Source of the DNA: Anaerolineales bacterium
GTDB lineage: Bacteria; Chloroflexota; Anaerolineae; CG2-30-64-16
NCBI GenBank assembly: GCA_017882045.1
Contig: JADGQF010000001.1
Coordinates: 16,288-80,287, forward strand
DNA: 64,000 bases
Direction of reading: 5' to 3'
Shown here: positions 55,964-64,000 of the stretch, piece after piece
Position numbering within the stretch: position 1 is the first letter of the stretch
Layout of the letters: the number at the start of each line of letters is the position of its first letter
Position numbers and translations under genes: made by a program
Notes under the pieces: generated by a model
The model's input: only the letters and a program-made list of their open reading frames with translations
Databases searched by the model: none
Told to the model about the DNA's origin: nothing

Positions 55964-57757
55964 TTGCGTAAGTTTAAGGGTTTGTCTCGGAAACGGCTGG
56001 TGCTCGTGGCTGTAATGGCGGGCGCGCTCTTGTTGTTCGGGGCGTGCAGCCAGCGGAAGCCGGCAGTGATCCAGGAACCTGCCACTCCTCAGTTCCAGGT
56101 GACCGTTGCGGTTCCCGTCATCGAGACCCGGCTGGTCGAGAAGACAGTGATCCTCACCGCCACGCCTGTCTCGACGCCGGCCTACGTTTCACGGACTAAC
56201 CTCGAGTCGGGCACCCTGGGTTATCCGCTGGCAAACGAGCCACAGACCCTGGACCCGCAGGCGGCAACCGACGACGCCTCTCGCCTGGTCGTGGCACAGC
56301 TATACGAAGGGCTTTTCAGCCTGGATAAAGATGGTGCGGCCGTGCCGGCCGCAGCGAGCGGTTATCAAGCTTCAAACGACGGTAAGACCTATACCGTAAC
56401 CCTGCGCACCGGCCTGCAATGGTCCGACGGCCAGCCCGTGACGGCGCAGCAGTACGTGGACGGCTTCTGCCGCGCCCTTGACCCTGTGCTTGCCAACGAC
56501 CTAGCCCAACAGGCGGCCCGGACGGCAGGCATCAGCGGGGCCGCGGCCTACGCCAGCGGCGCGAGCGGAGACTGCGCCACGGTCGGCGTCCACGCGACGG
56601 ATGCGCAAAGCATTCGCATCGACCTGGAGCATCCGACCGGCGCCTTGCTTCAGTTGCTGGCGTACCCGTCATGGCTGCCCGCACCTCGCGCTCAAGCCGC
56701 CGGAGCCTCTTCTACTTCGGCCTTGATGCTCGATCCTTCATCCTTCAAGGGGAATGGCCCGTATCTGCTGGCCGCCTGGCAGCCTGAGACACGCCTGGCC
56801 TTCGTCAAGAACGCGCATTACTGGGATGCGGCGCATGTTGCCATCGAGCGCGTCGATCTCCAGTTCGTCGCCGAACCGGCCGGCCAGCTGGCGCTCTATG
56901 AGGGAGGAAGCCTTCACGTCGCCAGCTTCCCGTTGACCGAGCTGCCCCGTATCCACACCCAGCCCGCCTTCAGCCAGGAACTACAAAGCCTCGTCCGGCC
57001 CGGTGTCAGCTACCTGGGTCTGAACACGCTGGCGGGCCCCACCGCCGACGCCAACTTCCGGCGCGCCATCGCGAGCGCCATCGATCGCCAGGCCCTCATC
57101 CGCGATGGGCTGCGCCAGCCCTGGCACACGCCCGCACACAGCCTCATACCGCCGGGGGTGGCAGGCTACCAGGCAGAGGACGACGCCGGGTACGGCTACG
57201 ATCCGGCCGCAACGCAGAAGTTCCTGGCGCAGGCCGGCTACGGCCCGGCCAACCCACCCCCGGCCATCGAGCTGTGGACAAATCGCGAGGGGAACAATCC
57301 GGCGCTGATGGGCGTGGTGGCGGACATGCTGGAAAAGGCCGGCATCCCCACCCGCCTGGTCACCAGCAGTTGGGACGTCTACCAGGCCTCGCTGGGCGCA
57401 TGCAATCAGCCGACCCGCCCGGCCGGCTGCAGTTACAGCGTCTATTGGGGAGGCTGGGTTCTGGATTCCGCCGACCCGGGCAACCTGCTGTCAGGGGTGC
57501 TGGGTCCTCGCTCGTCCCTGCAATATACCGGTTGGCAGTCAGCCGATTACGAGGACCTCCTGGCCAGGGCCGTGGGCGAGAGCGATGCGGCCAAACGAGG
57601 GGAGTTATATCGTGCCGCGGAAAAGGTATTGCTCGACGATGCGGTGGCCGTCGTGCCGCTCCTGTACTACGATCAGCTTCTGCTGATCAAGCATGGGGTG
57701 GGGTTTGCGTATCCGCCCTTCGGCCCGCCTGAGTTTAAAAATTGGACGCTACCGTAA
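55964..57757 (+). CDS. Third family-5 substrate-binding lipoprotein (orphan, own transcription unit)
   Basis: TTG at 55964 lies 8 nt after GGAGGA. The signal is LRKFKGLSRKRLVLVAVMAGALLLFGAC and the body is SBP_bac_5-like (LDPQAATDDASRLVVAQLYEGLF). The track ORF extension from 55469 overlaps the permease gene and the terminator. Confidence 0.82.
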   Translation: MRKFKGLSRKRLVLVAVMAGALLLFGACSQRKPAVIQEPATPQFQVTVAVPVIETRLVEKTVILTATPVSTPAYVSRTNLESGTLGYPLANEPQTLDPQAATDDASRLVVAQLYEGLFSLDKDGAAVPAAASGYQASNDGKTYTVTLRTGLQWSDGQPVTAQQYVDGFCRALDPVLANDLAQQAARTAGISGAAAYASGASGDCATVGVHATDAQSIRIDLEHPTGALLQLLAYPSWLPAPRAQAAGASSTSALMLDPSSFKGNGPYLLAAWQPETRLAFVKNAHYWDAAHVAIERVDLQFVAEPAGQLALYEGGSLHVASFPLTELPRIHTQPAFSQELQSLVRPGVSYLGLNTLAGPTADANFRRAIASAIDRQALIRDGLRQPWHTPAHSLIPPGVAGYQAEDDAGYGYDPAATQKFLAQAGYGPANPPPAIELWTNREGNNPALMGVVADMLEKAGIPTRLVTSSWDVYQASLGACNQPTRPAGCSYSVYWGGWVLDSADPGNLLSGVLGPRSSLQYTGWQSADYEDLLARAVGESDAAKRGELYRAAEKVLLDDAVAVVPLLYYDQLLLIKHGVGFAYPPFGPPEFKNWTLP

Positions 57758-58942
57758 GCCTAGCCGGATAATCTTCGCCTGGGCGAGCTCCTGGATCTCC
57801 TCATCGCCCAGGCCCGCCTGCCGCAGCACTTCTTGCGTATGCTGGCCAAGCTTCGGCGCAGGAGCGCCCCGACCTCGCTCCACAAACTGGAAAGGCGGCC
57901 CGAACCGCCAGGGAGGACCGGGAGCGGATACAGGTCCTGCAGCGTCCAGAGGATCTGCCTCAACCACCAGGCCCCGTTCCCGTGCCTGTGGGTCCTGGAG
58001 CACCTCGTCGACGCCATACACCGGCTCCAGGCAGACGTCGGCCGGACCAAGCAACGCCAACCATTCGGCGCGCGTCCGCTGGGCGAACAACGCCGCCAGC
58101 TCGGGGATCAAGCTGGCATCGAACTGGCGCCTGAACAGGTCCTCCCGCCCGAGTGCGTTGCAGAAAGCCGTCCAGAAATGGGGCTCCAGGGCGGACAGGG
58201 CGAGGTACTTGCCGTCCGCGGTGGCATAGACGCTATAGCTCGGCAGCGAGCCGGTCAGGGGGGTCCCTCCGCGCGCCGGGTTCTGGCCTGATTGCAGAAA
58301 GAGAGCGCCCGCCACCGGTGCGAGCCACGAAACGACCGCGTCAAGCATCGAGACATCCAGGTAGGCGCCCTGGCCCGTCTGCTGGCGGCCGAACAGCGCA
58401 CCCAGGATGGCGATAGCCGCCAACATTCCGCCGGCCAGGTCGGCAATCTGTACGCCGGTCGGGAGAGGCGGCCCGCCGGCTGCGCCGTTGAGAGCGAGCA
58501 ATCCGCCCAACGCCTGGTAGTTCAGGTCGTGCCCGGCGCGCTCGGCGTACGGGCCGTTCTGGCCGTACCCCGAAAGGGAGCAATAGACGACTGAGGGGCT
58601 AACCTGCCGGATCGCCTCGTAACCCAGCCCCCAGCGCGCGGCTGCGCCCGGCCGGAAGCCCTCCACCACGACATCGACGGCGGTCGCCAGGCGCAGGAAA
58701 ACCTGCAGCCCGCGCGCGTTCCGATAGTTCAGGGCCACGCTCTTTTTATTGCGATTCACCGCCTGGAACGTGCCGTCGCCGCCCAGATCGGTCGGGATCA
58801 TACGCGAGTAATCACCCGCACCGGGGGTCTCGATCTTGATCACTTCGGCGCCCAGATCCGCCAGGAACGAGGTACAGTACGGACCGGGCAGGAGGCGCGA
58901 CAGGTCCAGAACACGAATGCCGGTTAAGGGTGCTGAAATCAT
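57749..58942 (-). CDS. Family III CoA-transferase (CaiB/BaiF / alpha-methylacyl-CoA racemase family)
   Basis: LTGIRVLDLSRLLPGPYCTSFLADLGAEVIKIE is the family III signature. The start overlaps the vapC stop (ATGA). Confidence 0.88.
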   Translation of the reverse strand: MISAPLTGIRVLDLSRLLPGPYCTSFLADLGAEVIKIETPGAGDYSRMIPTDLGGDGTFQAVNRNKKSVALNYRNARGLQVFLRLATAVDVVVEGFRPGAAARWGLGYEAIRQVSPSVVYCSLSGYGQNGPYAERAGHDLNYQALGGLLALNGAAGGPPLPTGVQIADLAGGMLAAIAILGALFGRQQTGQGAYLDVSMLDAVVSWLAPVAGALFLQSGQNPARGGTPLTGSLPSYSVYATADGKYLALSALEPHFWTAFCNALGREDLFRRQFDASLIPELAALFAQRTRAEWLALLGPADVCLEPVYGVDEVLQDPQARERGLVVEADPLDAAGPVSAPGPPWRFGPPFQFVERGRGAPAPKLGQHTQEVLRQAGLGDEEIQELAQAKIIRLGLR

Positions 58943-59352
58943 TCGATTGCTGCCGAGAAGGGCTCAGGATAAGGCAATAAGCGCAAGCCGGCGATGAAGC
59001 GGTAATCGCGCTGATTCTTGGAAACAAACGGTTGGTTCAACGATAGGGCAGTTGCTGCCACGAGCGCATCCGCTATCAGCAGACCATGACTCAGCCTATA
59101 TCGGCGCAGCAGGTCTAACGCGGCATCTGAAATGTTCTGATCTAACGTGGCCAAACGAAACCGCGCCAGGAAACGGTCGAGAGCCTTCAATTCTGTCTTG
59201 GTCTGGCAGCCGACAATAAGCTCCATCTGAGTAACGGCACTGATTGCCAGCAAGGATCGCTCCTCGATGTCAGCGTGGCACTTGACAGCATCACCGATAC
59301 CCCGAGCGGCATCAATCAAGACGTCAGTGTCCACCAGCACGGCATCTACCAT
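58939..59352 (-). CDS. vapC: PIN-domain toxin (VapC family)
   Basis: MVDAVLVDTDVLIDAARG, ...TQMELIVG... and LIADALVAATAL show the acidic PIN residues at the usual positions. Length is 137 aa. Confidence 0.82.
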   Translation of the reverse strand: MVDAVLVDTDVLIDAARGIGDAVKCHADIEERSLLAISAVTQMELIVGCQTKTELKALDRFLARFRLATLDQNISDAALDLLRRYRLSHGLLIADALVAATALSLNQPFVSKNQRDYRFIAGLRLLPYPEPFSAAIE

Positions 59353-59358
59353 GGTTGT

Positions 59359-59589
59359 CTACCACTCGCGCTCGCGCAAGGCTCGAACCCACCCAGTGCT
59401 TTCATTCAAGTCCTGCCGATCACGCCACATCCCAATGAACGTCTCATCAGTCAGTTCCGTTTGCTTGCTCTTCTTGTCCGGGCGCGATCGCGCATAACGT
59501 GCGCGTAGGAAAGCTATGAAATCGCTCACCTCGCGCTGAGCCTCGGGGGGAAGAGCCGCGAATTCACTCCAGAGACTATCTTGTTCCAT
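59359..59589 (-). CDS. DUF2281-type antitoxin (VapB-like)
   Basis: ATG at 59589 gives 76 aa, MEQDSLWSEFAALPPEAQREVSDFIAFLRARY...FIGMWRDRQDLNESTGWVRALREREW. It lies 6 nt upstream of the PIN gene. The longer track ORF (to 59742) overlaps the upstream gene. Confidence 0.65.
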   Translation of the reverse strand: MEQDSLWSEFAALPPEAQREVSDFIAFLRARYARSRPDKKSKQTELTDETFIGMWRDRQDLNESTGWVRALREREW

Positions 59590-59635
59590 GCCTCGACCTC
59601 TCAACTCAACTATCGCACCGTTAATCTCCTTCTGC

Positions 59636-59664
59636 AGTATCGGCCATACCCAGTCTCTTGTCAA
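59636..59664 (-). promoter_or_regulatory. Putative promoter of the toxin-antitoxin pair
   Basis: On the minus strand: TTGACA (59664-59659), 17-nt spacer, GATACT (59641-59636). Confidence 0.45.
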
Positions 59665-59716
59665 GGAATTGGCGCTGCCGCGCCACGCGCTACCTGGACA
59701 AGCCAGGCCGCCCTGG

Positions 59717-60889
59717 TTACTTGAGTTCCTCTTGCCCCACAAACTGCCGGTACGGCGACAGTATCTCCAGCGTCTGGCAGTCGTCCGGCGTCAACCGGTC
59801 CTGGACCATACGCGTGATCAACTCGCCCACGCCCGGCCCGAGCATAAAGCCCTGGCCACACATGCCCACCGCCAGGAGCAGGCCCTGCACCTCGCGACAC
59901 CAGCCGACGATCGGCGAGCCGTCCGGGGTCATCGGGTAGAGGCCGCGCCAGGTGCGGCGTACCCGTATGTTGGCCAGACGGGGCATCAGGTCTACCAGGC
60001 GGCGGGCAACCATCGGCAGGAACGCGCTGGTCTCGCGCCGGTCCTCGCCCCAGATTTGCGGGTTCGGCGTGATGCAAAAGATGATCTGGCCGGTGTAGTG
60101 TTGATAGAAGTAGTAGTTAGTTGAGCCGGGCGCCGGCCGGATGTCGACCACCATGGGGTGGAGAAAGCGAGCCACGGGCTCGGTGATGGCCGCCTCGTGC
60201 GAGTCGGGCGTCACCGGGACGTCGATGCCCGCCATCTGCGCCACGCTCCTGGCAAAGGCGCCCGCCGCGTTGATCACCACGCCGGCGCCGTAACGCCCGC
60301 GGTCGGTGACCACCCCGCGAATCCGTCCTCCCTCGACAGGCAGCCCGATCACCTTCTCGCCGAAGTGAAACCCGGCGCCCATCCGGCGGGCATGCTCGTA
60401 GAAAGCGTGGGTGGTCAGCAGGGTCGAGCAGTGCCCGTCGTCCGGCGAGTAGGTGCCGCCCAACAAGTCATCGTGGTTGAGATCGGGCAGGACGTCGACG
60501 TCGAGCATCGCCTCCCGGTCGAGCCAGTTGATATTCAGCCCATACGTTTTCTGGACAGCCAACAGGTCCTTGAGGATCTTCTCTTCCCGTTCGCGGTAAG
60601 CGACGTAAACGTATCCTCCCTTATGCCACTCGATGTCTTCGCCATAAACTTCCTTCCAGGTGGAAAGGATCTCCAGGCTGCGCAGGTTAAGGCGGATCTT
60701 GGCCGGGTCGGAATGGGTCGCCCGGACGCCGCCGATGGCCGCCTTGTTGGAGCCCTGACCAACGCTACTGGCGGCATCGACGACCAGCGTGCGCACGCCT
60801 GCGCTTGCCAACGCAAAAGCCGCCGGCGTGCCGATGCTCCCGGCGCCGATGATGATCACGTCGTAGTGCGGGATCCCGCGCTCAATCAT
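59717..60889 (-). CDS. FAD-dependent amino-acid oxidoreductase (DAO family; SoxB/HcnC/OoxB/proline dehydrogenase beta-like)
   Basis: ATG at 60889 gives MIERGIPHYDVIIIGAGSIGTPAAFALA, a GxGxxG dinucleotide fold. There is an 8-nt overlap with the upstream gene. Confidence 0.85.
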   Translation of the reverse strand: MIERGIPHYDVIIIGAGSIGTPAAFALASAGVRTLVVDAASSVGQGSNKAAIGGVRATHSDPAKIRLNLRSLEILSTWKEVYGEDIEWHKGGYVYVAYREREEKILKDLLAVQKTYGLNINWLDREAMLDVDVLPDLNHDDLLGGTYSPDDGHCSTLLTTHAFYEHARRMGAGFHFGEKVIGLPVEGGRIRGVVTDRGRYGAGVVINAAGAFARSVAQMAGIDVPVTPDSHEAAITEPVARFLHPMVVDIRPAPGSTNYYFYQHYTGQIIFCITPNPQIWGEDRRETSAFLPMVARRLVDLMPRLANIRVRRTWRGLYPMTPDGSPIVGWCREVQGLLLAVGMCGQGFMLGPGVGELITRMVQDRLTPDDCQTLEILSPYRQFVGQEELK

Positions 60890-62987
60890 GGTCCGCCTCC
60901 ACCCCGGCAAACACCCCCAGTGGCGCCTCCATGAACAGCGGCCTCTTGACGCCGTCGACTACCTCGGCGTCCTTTATGCCCTCGTCAAGAAACAATCGCC
61001 GGATGAGCGAGGCACAGGTCTTAGAGCCACAGGCGCCCATCCCGGCCCGCGTTACCGCCTTGATCTCGTTGACATCCCGGTAGCCTCGGCGGATCAACTC
61101 GCGGATCTCGGCAGCCGTCACCCGCTCGCAGCGGCAGACGATCGTATCGTCGCTGATCCGCTGCACGTACTGTTCCAGGGGCTCGCTAACCTGCCGCTCC
61201 TGCACGCGGATGCCGGCGATCTGCTTTGCGTATTCGGCCGGGGCCCGTACCTTGACCAGGAGAGTGCGGTCGTTGGCCTTGGCTGCGCGCACCCCCGTCA
61301 CGGGCACATTGCCCAGCACATTGCCAGAGGTATCCAGCACGGTCACCACATCGCCCTGGTGGATGGCGCTCGCGGCAAACTCAAAGGGGATAGTCACTGT
61401 GGCCTGGCCGCCATCTTTGCGGTAGTCCACCAGCGTGATCGCCAGGCCCGGACAGACTGTCACGCACTTTTCACAACCCAGGCATGCCTTGCCGAGTTGC
61501 GCCGCGATATATTCGGGGACCTGGCGAATGTCGTCCGGGTCAATGTAAATCGCGCCCTGCGAGCAAACGGAGGTACAGGGATTACACGGGATCTCCTGTG
61601 TGCAATGAAACACCGGGAACACGCCCGATTGCTCCTCCGGCAAGGCTTCCGCCGCCACGCGACCTGGCTTCGAACGCAGGATCTCGGCCGTCCGCTGCCA
61701 GTCCGGTGGTATCTGGCCCACGTCGTAGCCCAGGGCCTGGGCCACCTCCAGCCCCTTGATCTTGCCGGAGAACATGGCTGCCGACGCCTCGGCGATCTCC
61801 TCGGCATCCCCCGCCGCAAACGCCTTCAAGCCGAACTCCTGCGCCTTGGCGTAAAACTCGTTGACCGGGTCCAGCCCGACCGCAATCAGCAGGGTGTCGC
61901 ACGCAAAGGAGCGCTCGGTGCCGGGGACCGGCCTGAAGCGCGCGTCTACCTGGGCAATCGTCACCGATTCGACCGCATCCACGCCGTTCGCGCTGAGCAC
62001 CGTGTGCGAGGTATAGATCGGCACACCCATCCTTGCCAGCTTGTCGCGGTGGACTTTGTAGCCGCCACACTCGGGCAGCGCTTCGACCAGGCCGACGACC
62101 TGGATGCCCGCCTGCAGGGCATGGTAGCCGGCGATCAGGCCGACGTTGCCGCCGCCGACGATGAACAATCGCTCGGCTGCCCGCACCAGGTCGCGGTTGA
62201 CCAGCGTCTGGAAGGCCCCCGCGCCGTAGACACCCGGCAGGGTGTTACCGCGAAAGACGAGCGACTTCTCGCGGGCTCCCGCGGCCACCAGCAGGACCTG
62301 CGGCTTTACCAGCACATATTCGCCCCCGTCGCGCAGGATGCCCACCTTGCCGTCGCTGAAGACCGCCAGGGCGGTGCTGTTCAGCCAGACCTGCACGCTC
62401 TCATGGGCACGCACCTCTTTCTCCAGGCGTGTGGCAATGTCAATGCCGCGCGTGCCCGCGTAGACAGCGTTGATCGAACCGAAGAAGCGATGCGTCTGCA
62501 ACACCAGCTTGCCGCCAAGCCGCTGCTTGTCGTCCACCAGCAGGGTCCCGATCCCATGTTGCCCCAACTGCACGGCTGCCGACATGCCCGCCGGTCCGCC
62601 GCCGATGATCAGCGCAGGCACTGCCATCTCGCGGATCTCATGCATGACCGGCGCCCGGCCCACCTTCGGCAACTCCGGCAGGCCATCTACCGGCTCAGCG
62701 CGCAGGCCCGGTCGCACCGGTTCCATGCAGGACTTTACCGGCTTGCCATCGGCCAGCACCAGACACTGCGCGCATTGCCCGTTGGCGCAGAAGATGCCCT
62801 GCGGCGACCCGTCCCTGGCATGGTGCCCAAAAGTGCGAATACCGTTCGCGAAAAGGGCGGAAGCGATGGTCTCCCCTTCCCGGGCCATCAACTCCCGCCC
62901 CTGCCAGTAAAACGCCACGCACGCACGCGGTGCGACGGATAGAATCGGGTGCTCTGCTATGCGATAATCCACCCACTGGTCGCCCAT
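60882..62987 (-). CDS. Multidomain iron-sulfur flavoprotein: N-terminal 2Fe-2S (HcnA/SoxA-N-like) + FAD/NAD(P) pyridine-nucleotide-disulfide oxidoreductase + Cys-rich 4Fe-4S-like insert + BFD-like [2Fe-2S] domain
   Basis: GAGGTGA lies upstream of ATG 62987. Motifs in order are CANGQCAQCLVLADGKPVKSC; ALIIGGGPAGMSAA and a second GGGNVG fold; CNPCTSVCSQGAI...CLGCEKCVTVCPG; and CRCERVTAAEI...GACGSKTC. The antisense ORF 60888..62942 is rejected. Confidence 0.82.
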   Translation of the reverse strand: MGDQWVDYRIAEHPILSVAPRACVAFYWQGRELMAREGETIASALFANGIRTFGHHARDGSPQGIFCANGQCAQCLVLADGKPVKSCMEPVRPGLRAEPVDGLPELPKVGRAPVMHEIREMAVPALIIGGGPAGMSAAVQLGQHGIGTLLVDDKQRLGGKLVLQTHRFFGSINAVYAGTRGIDIATRLEKEVRAHESVQVWLNSTALAVFSDGKVGILRDGGEYVLVKPQVLLVAAGAREKSLVFRGNTLPGVYGAGAFQTLVNRDLVRAAERLFIVGGGNVGLIAGYHALQAGIQVVGLVEALPECGGYKVHRDKLARMGVPIYTSHTVLSANGVDAVESVTIAQVDARFRPVPGTERSFACDTLLIAVGLDPVNEFYAKAQEFGLKAFAAGDAEEIAEASAAMFSGKIKGLEVAQALGYDVGQIPPDWQRTAEILRSKPGRVAAEALPEEQSGVFPVFHCTQEIPCNPCTSVCSQGAIYIDPDDIRQVPEYIAAQLGKACLGCEKCVTVCPGLAITLVDYRKDGGQATVTIPFEFAASAIHQGDVVTVLDTSGNVLGNVPVTGVRAAKANDRTLLVKVRAPAEYAKQIAGIRVQERQVSEPLEQYVQRISDDTIVCRCERVTAAEIRELIRRGYRDVNEIKAVTRAGMGACGSKTCASLIRRLFLDEGIKDAEVVDGVKRPLFMEAPLGVFAGVEADHD

Positions 62988-63150
62988 CTTTCACCTCGTA
63001 GACTGACAACACTGTCAGAGTGCAGACAGGCTCTATTATGCCAGATTCCACAGAGCTTTACTATGATGGTCGTCATCGATGTCGGCCATCATAGATGGCT
63101 ATCGACGGCGGCCATTCGTCAAAGCCCGGAATTGGCCAAATTGGCCTGGT

Positions 63151-63178
63151 TTTGCCCTGGGGATTATCCGAGTATAAT
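63151..63178 (+). promoter_or_regulatory. Putative helicase promoter positioned for a leaderless mRNA
   Basis: TTTGCC (63151-63156), 16-nt spacer, TATAAT (63173-63178). The ATG at 63185 is 6 nt after the -10, with no SD. Confidence 0.45.
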
Positions 63179-63184
63179 GGCCGC

Positions 63185-64000
63185 ATGTCCATGGCCGAAG
63201 CACTGCAGGCGTTGCGGCTGGAACCGAAGCGCATGCATACTGTCACTGCCTGGCGGCGCCTGCCTGCCCGTGCGGCACGCTACGCACCCTATCCCGCCGG
63301 TCTTGACGGGCGCCTGGTTGACGCGCTGCGCCAAGGGGGCCTGTCCGAGCTCTACACCCACCAGGCGCAGGCCATCGCCGCCGCGCTGCAGGGCGACCAG
63401 GTGGCGGTCGTCACTCCGGCTGCCAGCGGCAAGACCTTGTGTTACAACTTGCCCGTGCTCCAGTGCTTGCTGGCCGACCCGCAGGCGCGTGCGCTCTATC
63501 TCTTCCCTACTAAGGCCCTGGCGCAAGACCAGCTGGCCGCGCTGCATGACCTGATCGCGCCACTCCGCTCCTCCGCTGCGGGCCCGCAGAGTGCATTGAC
63601 CTGTAATACTTACGACGGCGACACACCGCCCGGCCAGCGGGCGAAGATACGCGACGGGGCCCGCATCATCCTGTCCAACCCCGACATGCTGCATGCCGGT
63701 ATCCTCCCACAACATACGCGCTGGGCGAGCTTCTTCACGCACTTGCGCGTGGTCGTCATCGACGAGATGCACGTTTACCGCGGGGTGTTCGGTTCCCATG
63801 TCGCCAATGTGCTGCGGCGTTTGCGCCGCATCTGCCGCTTTTATGGCAACGACCCGCAGTTCATTCTCGCGTCCGCGACAATCGCCAACCCGGCCCAGCT
63901 TGCCGAGTGGATGGTGGAAAAGCCGGTCACGGTGATCGGCCCCGAGCAAAATGGCGCGCCGCAGGGGGAACGCAACATCATCTTCTGCAACCCGCCTATG
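63185..64000 (+). CDS. DEAD/DEAH (DExH) box helicase, 5' partial (YprA/MrfA-like N-terminus); continues beyond the window
   Basis: The frame is open from ATG 63185 to the window end and is absent from the ORF track because it has no stop. Motif I is [11 protein letters not shown], motif Ia is [13 protein letters not shown] and motif II is VVIDEMHVY. The antisense ORF 63164..63949 is rejected. Confidence 0.85.
   Translation, partial: MSMAEALQALRLEPKRMHTVTAWRRLPARAARYAPYPAGLDGRLVDALRQGGLSELYTHQAQAIAAALQGDQVAVVTPAASGKTLCYNLPVLQCLLADPQARALYLFPTKALAQDQLAALHDLIAPLRSSAAGPQSALTCNTYDGDTPPGQRAKIRDGARIILSNPDMLHAGILPQHTRWASFFTHLRVVVIDEMHVYRGVFGSHVANVLRRLRRICRFYGNDPQFILASATIANPAQLAEWMVEKPVTVIGPEQNGAPQGERNIIFCNPPM

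Noticed and set aside
60888-62942. 684-aa plus-strand ORF opposite the Fe-S flavoprotein gene
   Set aside because: No motifs, whereas the minus strand carries multiple Cys-cluster and GxGxxG motifs plus an SD.
63164-63949. 261-aa minus-strand ORF at the right end
   Set aside because: It is antisense to an open frame with unmistakable helicase motifs I, Ia and II. That frame is missing from the track only because it has no stop within the window.

Overview
GC-rich bacterial chromosomal segment with about 55 tightly packed protein-coding genes, many with start/stop overlaps. I recognised no rRNA, tRNA, CRISPR array, transposase or integrase. All family calls rest on motifs read from the translations, since no searches were run. 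The Val/Gln/Glu/Lys-rich tethers on the lipoprotein solute-binding proteins suggest a Chloroflexota-like organism, but that is inference only.

Gene content, left to right:
- 0-13 kb: PreA-like DHOD/DPD flavoprotein, a peroxiredoxin-glutaredoxin fusion, a xanthine-dehydrogenase-family molybdenum hydroxylase (FAD/2Fe-2S subunit plus Mo subunit), GrpB, gamma-glutamyltranspeptidase, RsmB/F-type methyltransferase, yqeB, a yqeC-mocA fusion and a SAM methyltransferase.
- 13-28 kb: housekeeping genes (lgt, tlpA-like, priA, MEMO-like, rhomboid, gmk, darA, tmk, R3H-AAA ATPase, csp, Lon-N domain protein), a frameshifted SDR, a Crp/Fnr regulator and an orphan CooC-like NTPase.
- 28-42 kb: GH38 mannosidase, selD, HAD hydrolase, lipid kinase, Ca2+/H+ antiporter, xseAB, PAP2-like protein, lytic transglycosylase and a DUF3048 lipoprotein.
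- 42-58 kb: two complete Opp/Dpp-type ABC transporters in permuted gene order plus a third orphan binding protein.
- 58-64 kb: CoA-transferase, a vapBC module, a DAO flavoprotein with a multi-cluster HcnA/HcnB-like fusion partner, and the 5' part of a DExH helicase.

The main result is selenium biology that ORF calling hides:
- The peroxiredoxin has an in-frame UGA exactly at the peroxidatic Cys position.
- selD has an in-frame UGA at the catalytic Cys position.
- The molybdenum hydroxylase is accompanied by yqeB and yqeC rather than xdhC, which is the signature of a selenium-dependent molybdenum hydroxylase.
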